A stretch of 64,000 nucleotides of DNA, from positions 7,578-71,577 of the IMG/VR virus record IMGVR_UViG_3300018429_000002; one strand, written 5' to 3'. The translations under genes were made by a program, and so were the position numbers. How positions within the stretch are numbered: the stretch's first letter is position 1; each line of letters starts with the position of its first letter. The stretch comes from a virus. A model generated the notes under the pieces. That model had not been told where the DNA came from. It searched no databases and saw nothing but the letters and a program-made list of their open reading frames with translations. Below are positions 59,588-64,000 of the stretch, piece by piece.

Positions 59588-59833
59588 ATGGGAGTTAAAC
59601 AAGAAATGGAAGCTGCGGCGATAGCGGGCATCAAGTGCCCTAGTTGCGACGCCGAGCCGGGGGCCAAGTGTCACTACACAGGACGACACTTGGACGGCAG
59701 TCCGGCGTTTCCTAACTCGGTGGTAAAGACGCATCAACGGCGGATGAGTGCGTTCGTGGCGACGCGGGTGAGCTTCACCGACCGGACTGACGCAACCAAC
59801 GCACCAACACGTCGCTTCGACGGTACGATCTAG
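59588..59833 (+). CDS. small zinc-finger protein
   Basis: CPSC.A.PG.KC...H..R motif. Confidence 0.6.
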   Translation: MGVKQEMEAAAIAGIKCPSCDAEPGAKCHYTGRHLDGSPAFPNSVVKTHQRRMSAFVATRVSFTDRTDATNAPTRRFDGTI

Positions 59834-60454
59834 CAGATGAGGAGGAGGGTTTTATGCCTCGATTAGCAAATGGATTGAAATTCTTTGGGGTACTACTTCT
59901 AATTTTATTTATGGCTACTAGTAGAAGGAAGGAGTGGCCGGATTAGGATTCAAGTTAATACGCAGAAGCAGGGCTACGGGTTGAAATTAAAGACAGAAAG
60001 GTTGTGGTTGATGAGTCAAATTCGATTTGGGAAGTGCGACGTTGTTGCGCAAGAAATACCCGAAAGTGATTGCGATGAGTGTGGGATGCCGATCGGGGGT
60101 CGCGGCTGGTTTGTGGAATTAGACTTTCGCGGAGCGGGGGAGACTGTACAGCTTGGCGCAAACCTTTACTGCTCAGAAACCTGCGCTGAAATAGTTGCTG
60201 AGAGCATTCGCAAGACGCTCCCAGAATGCGAGGACGAGGACGCCTTACCAACAGCCGGAGGCGAACGACCGTGATGATGGTCTATGTGGTTCTTTGCTTC
60301 ATTACTTAGAAAAGGGACTTTGATTGAAAGATTCTAAATTTCCAACGCCACAAAGGGGCCACTGCCGCAACTGTGAACTAAGCGGACTGTTCTGTTATTG
60401 CGGCTGCCGTGCATGTGCTGAGGTACGAAAGCGGGAACGAGAGGCGAAGAAGGC

Positions 60455-60925
60455 ATGATCGCATTCACTGTATACGGAATAGCTCAGCCAGGAGGGAGCA
60501 AACGGGCGTTTGTCTATCGGGGCAAGAGCGACGGCAACATGCACGCCGCGGTGAGTGACGCCAACCCAAAAGCAAAGGACTGGAAGCATACAGTTGCTTG
60601 CGCTGCGCTGGAATCCCTGAACGGCAGCCGTGGAAGGCTTCTAACGTGCGCTTTGGCGGTAGTGGTTAGATTCTATCGCCCGCGACCGAAAGGGCACTAC
60701 AAGGGCAACGGTGAGCTAAGCAAGGCCGGCCGGGAGTCGATGGCGCCCACCACTAAGCCCGACGCCACTAAACTTTGGAGGTGCGCAGAAGACGCACTCA
60801 ATAAAGTCCTATGGTCTGACGATGCGATCATAGTGGATCAACATGTGACGAAGCACTGGGGCGAGCCTGCCCGGATGGAAATTGAGATTCGAGAAATTGA
60901 GACCCTCGGAATAAAAACAACGTAA
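60455..60925 (+). CDS. rusA: RusA-like Holliday junction resolvase
   Basis: F.V.G...P.GSK, FYRPRPK.H, KPD..KL....DAL..V.W.DD..IV. Confidence 0.88.
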   Translation: MIAFTVYGIAQPGGSKRAFVYRGKSDGNMHAAVSDANPKAKDWKHTVACAALESLNGSRGRLLTCALAVVVRFYRPRPKGHYKGNGELSKAGRESMAPTTKPDATKLWRCAEDALNKVLWSDDAIIVDQHVTKHWGEPARMEIEIREIETLGIKTT

Positions 60926-61109
60926 TGCCCAAACCAACTCAGCAGACAATCCTCAAGGCGCTCCATGATCTAATTGAGGCGGTACGTGCCAGGGAAGTCA
61001 GAGGCACGCTATCAAGATCGGGATTATTAGAAGTCACAGAGCGAGCGTACATAGTTTTAGAGCGGGAGAAGGCAGAGGAAGAGGAAGCTAAACCTGAAAG
61101 GACTACCAC

Positions 61110-62156
61110 ATGAGCGCTGTTTTAAAAGCGGTTCCCGAAATTGCGGACAAGTCGGAAGCAGTCAGGCAACGGCGCGTTGGCAAGGCGCTAACCAACGTCA
61201 TCACGCAGATCAATAAGCTGGAAGGAATTGAGCATGAAGTTATTGCGCTGTTGCCTTCCCTTTCTGACGATCAGGTCATGGAGACGCGTAACTCTGCTCG
61301 ATTGCTGTACGCCTCTGCCTGGAAGATAGAGATCGCGTGCGATGCTGAGATATGGGACCGAACCACCAAGGCGGTCAACGGTCGTGGAAATAAGGACGAG
61401 GGTGAAAAAGGGATACTGGCAGCGGTGAACAAGCGGGCGCACGACCTGGGGTGCAGCGGGCGCACGGTTTACGAGAACGCTCGCATCCACAGACGGTTCA
61501 AGAAAAAGATTGAAACCACTTGCAATATTTTAGATGACAAGGGCTTTTTCCAAGCGGCACTTGCTTCTGAAGACCCGGACGTGGCAATCGAGGAGTTTGC
61601 GAAGATGCGAAGCGAGAACCCGTTTTTCAGGGTTGCCGATGCTTGGCGTTGGGTAAGGGCAGCGCCGGAAGGCCCGAAGGAAGACGAGACGAAAGTCCTG
61701 GCGACACCCGAGGCGCAAGCGTGGCTGTCGGGGCTACATACTTCCCTCCTATCACACATCCCTACCGTACCGGAGAGTGCAGCGTTTCTAAAGCACATGA
61801 TCCAGGCGATTGACGGCGTAGTGCTCCATCAATCGGAAAGAACCGTAGAGGGCGATTGTCGCGTAATCATGGAGGCCATAGAAGAGACGGGCGGGCTATC
61901 AGGTGATGACCTGTATGACTGGCAGATAGCTCACTTCTATTTCATGAGCGAGGATCAGTTAAAGGCCCGCTTGCTGACAATGGTGGCAAATAAAGAACTG
62001 ATTGAGGAAGACGCAGGGAAGGCCGGGAAGCAGGCGAAGCGGCGCGGTAAGCTGCCACAGTGGTATGAGCCTTATTACGCCAAGCGGCAGAAGTACGATC
62101 CGTGCAAAAAGTGTGGCGAGTGGCACAGAGACCCGGAAGACTGCATGGAAGATTAA
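61110..62156 (+). CDS. hypothetical protein with possible HTH
   Basis: 348-aa ORF; AHDLGCSGRTVYEN HTH-like segment; C-terminal CxxC...H..C. Confidence 0.65.
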   Translation: MSAVLKAVPEIADKSEAVRQRRVGKALTNVITQINKLEGIEHEVIALLPSLSDDQVMETRNSARLLYASAWKIEIACDAEIWDRTTKAVNGRGNKDEGEKGILAAVNKRAHDLGCSGRTVYENARIHRRFKKKIETTCNILDDKGFFQAALASEDPDVAIEEFAKMRSENPFFRVADAWRWVRAAPEGPKEDETKVLATPEAQAWLSGLHTSLLSHIPTVPESAAFLKHMIQAIDGVVLHQSERTVEGDCRVIMEAIEETGGLSGDDLYDWQIAHFYFMSEDQLKARLLTMVANKELIEEDAGKAGKQAKRRGKLPQWYEPYYAKRQKYDPCKKCGEWHRDPEDCMED

Positions 62157-62376
62157 AAACCTGATTGACGTGTAGGGGGAGGTGGAGAAGGTGACGAACA
62201 GCGCGGGAACATGCGAGCACTGTGGAGGTGAGATTCCCTATCACAGAGGCCGCGCATTGACTATTTGTCAGACGTGCCGCATCAGGGGACACAAGGGTGC
62301 CACGGAAGAATGCGCCGAATGCGAACGGTTAGACAGGGATGATGTCCCTACGGAGACGAAACAGGAGTAAGAGTTT

Positions 62377-62820
62377 ATGGAAAATGAAGCAAAGAACCCT
62401 TCTGACGAACCATCACTGAAGGGCGGCGAAGCGCACGCTGTAGCGGGCTTGGTGCCGAGGGAACTACAACGCTTGCTTGCGTGTCCTCATAGCATGTTCA
62501 GATCGGATTGCCTTGGCTGCTGGTGCGGGCATGCTGCAAGACTGGAAGGCCAACTTAGAAAGTTGGAAGAGTCAACCGCGCTTCCAATTCGGGAGCGAAT
62601 CGAGAAAGCAGTGCGCGAGCAAATGGAGCACTGCTATCAAGTCTACAAGGGCGTACCGCCCACGGTTGAGGATTGGGTTGGCGGTGCGCTCCATTACGTC
62701 ATGTGGGGCATCGAGCGCGATTTACCGTTGGCAGCCACGCTCGACACCCAGACCGCCCTTGGCGGCAACGAACTGGCAGATCCGCCGGGTGGTTCTTTGC
62801 AGCATAACTTGAATTCTTAG
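62377..62820 (+). CDS. hypothetical protein bracketed by inverted hairpin elements
   Basis: N- and C-terminal peptides derive from the repeat family. Confidence 0.55.
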   Translation: MENEAKNPSDEPSLKGGEAHAVAGLVPRELQRLLACPHSMFRSDCLGCWCGHAARLEGQLRKLEESTALPIRERIEKAVREQMEHCYQVYKGVPPTVEDWVGGALHYVMWGIERDLPLAATLDTQTALGGNELADPPGGSLQHNLNS

Positions 62821-62846
62821 ATTCTGATTCAACAGAGGGAGACACG

Positions 62847-63125
62847 ATGGGCTTGAGATGGAATAGTTTGTTCGGCGGTAGCGAAGTCGAGATTCCTAAT
62901 GATCCGGTCTGGCGTACGACCGCAGCGACTCTTGCGCCGTTCGACTGCAAGGTTGAAACGCGCATGGTTACGGACGATTCCGGATCGAAAGTCGAGGTGA
63001 TTTTCCGAAGCGTTAGCAACAGCGACTTGACGACCGTTACGTTCAAGCATGTGGAAGGCGTTGATTCGCTGATCGAGAAACTGATTAAGATGCGCGACCT
63101 ACTTGAGAAGGCAAACCAGAAATAA
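62847..63125 (+). CDS. hypothetical protein
   Basis: GGGAG RBS. Confidence 0.55.
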   Translation: MGLRWNSLFGGSEVEIPNDPVWRTTAATLAPFDCKVETRMVTDDSGSKVEVIFRSVSNSDLTTVTFKHVEGVDSLIEKLIKMRDLLEKANQK

Positions 63126-63223
63126 GGAAGCACTACGGAGTAAGCTACAGACATTCCCAAAGAAGGGAGCCCATCCGCCTATGAACTGAACAAAGATTGT
63201 TTCGGGGACAACCTATGTGAGCG

Positions 63224-63256
63224 AGCCGGGGAGTCTCAAGCGATTTCCCGGCTTTT
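63224..63256 (+). terminator. rho-independent terminator
   Basis: AGCCGGGGAGTC-TCAAGC-GATTTCCCGGCT followed by TTT. Confidence 0.7.
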
Positions 63257-63329
63257 GCTTGCCCTCAGAAATAAAGCCAGCCTTTCGCGTATCTTTGAGG
63301 AAGAAAGGGACGGGGTGATTAAGTGTTAA

Positions 63330-63797
63330 ATGAACGATCCGGGCATGATGGGCGAGAGCAGTTTCGACAAGCGCCTTACTGACAACGTTCGGCGAATTGA
63401 CGAAAAGGTCGGATATGTTCAGGACATTTTAAGCGAAAAGATTGACCACCTCCGTAGCGAGGTAATGGGAAACGACAAGAGGTACGCCGAACGGTTTGAC
63501 GCACAGAGAGAAGCCAACAGGCAACGATTCGACGCGCAAGAGGTGGCTAACAAGTATGACCAGGAAAAGTCAAATGAGTTCAGAGGCGCCCTCGAAGACG
63601 TAGGGAAGAATAAGATACCACGCCCAGAAGCAGAGGCAATGTTTCGATCTCTAACGGAAAAGATTGACGCACTTCAGGCCAGGATGGATAGAAACGAGGG
63701 CCGCGGATCCGGGCTAGATGCCGGCTGGAAATTTCTTATCGGAGCCGTCACGCTGGCGGCGGCGCTAGTTGGTATTTTCCTCGCAATTAGGAGGTAG
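63330..63797 (+). CDS. coiled-coil protein with C-terminal TM helix (holin-region protein)
   Basis: Charged helical body and WKFLIGAVTLAAALVGIFLAI tail; follows a putative late promoter. Confidence 0.6.
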   Translation: MNDPGMMGESSFDKRLTDNVRRIDEKVGYVQDILSEKIDHLRSEVMGNDKRYAERFDAQREANRQRFDAQEVANKYDQEKSNEFRGALEDVGKNKIPRPEAEAMFRSLTEKIDALQARMDRNEGRGSGLDAGWKFLIGAVTLAAALVGIFLAIRR

Positions 63798-63799
63798 GG

Positions 63800-63955
63800 A
63801 TGCTCATCACCATTTTGATAGTGCTGTTGGTTCTGTATCTTCTGGGCTTATTCGGCGGGGTTGGTGGCTCGCTGATACACCTAATTTTGATTCTTTGCGC
63901 GGTGATCCTAATCCTTGAACTCTCTGGTCGGTGGAGACCAAGAGGCGGGGGTTGA
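63800..63955 (+). CDS. lmo0937/DUF5670-like small membrane protein (not in the ORF track)
   Basis: MLITILIVLLVLYLLGLFGGVGGSLIHLILILCAVILIL...; AGGAGG RBS. Confidence 0.7.
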   Translation: MLITILIVLLVLYLLGLFGGVGGSLIHLILILCAVILILELSGRWRPRGGG

Positions 63956-64000
63956 AATGACCGATCCAGTAAAGGTTGCGATTGTGATCGGCATTTCCAA

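Larger units (their letters stand above)
35900..62796. repeat. dispersed triloop-hairpin repeat family (about 20 copies, both orientations)
   Basis: Consensus (GAACC-N17-19 or TYAGACG-N~25)-GGTCGT-NN-stem-3nt loop-stem-TGTTGG/TCTGGG; 13 clear copies listed in findings; seen only in 35.9-44.2 kb and 52.4-62.8 kb. Confidence 0.85.

Noticed and set aside
35900-62796. Hairpin repeats as a CRISPR array or canonical integron
   Set aside because: Copies are dispersed, in both orientations and variable in stem sequence. There is no cas operon (the Cas4-like nuclease sits in the recombination module), and the integrase is paired with a xis-like gene and a tRNA attP like an ordinary phage integrase.
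36150-62796. Hairpin repeats as ECF-sigma promoters, N4-type hairpin promoters or terminators
   Set aside because: AAC-to-CGT spacing (about 21 nt) is too long for ECF promoters, no RNA polymerase or sigma gene is seen, there are no U-tracts, and about half are antisense to local transcription. Disfavoured, not formally excluded.

Overview
The window is most of a temperate, long-tailed (siphovirus-like) phage genome in its unintegrated arrangement, with an intact tRNA-derived attP core at the 3' end of the integrase gene. Gene order: an ncRNA/accessory block with a lone HipA-N-terminal (HipS-like) gene (1-2.1 kb); lysis genes interrupted by two inverted promoter-bearing cassettes (2.2-8.9 kb); packaging and head (9.1-18.7 kb); tail with a GTA-like tip and a large beta-helix fibre (19-35.6 kb); a leftward early accessory arm (35.7-45.2 kb); a cI/cro/cII-like switch; recombination and replication genes (47-52 kb); and a rightward accessory arm containing xis-int-attP, HNH and RusA genes (52-64 kb). 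The most unusual observations are: (1) about 20 dispersed triloop-hairpin elements with covarying stems that bracket accessory genes in inverted pairs, a candidate cassette-shuffling system; (2) a signal-peptide-bearing stand-alone copy of the tape-measure N-terminal domain on its own antisense sigma70 promoter, a candidate superinfection-exclusion decoy; (3) two tRNA-shaped RNAs with the anticodon arm either replaced by a GAAA tetraloop or expanded by about 80 nt, close to the orphan HipS-like gene; (4) two acr-aca-like operons. All family assignments come from motif recognition by eye; no searches or folding programs were run.
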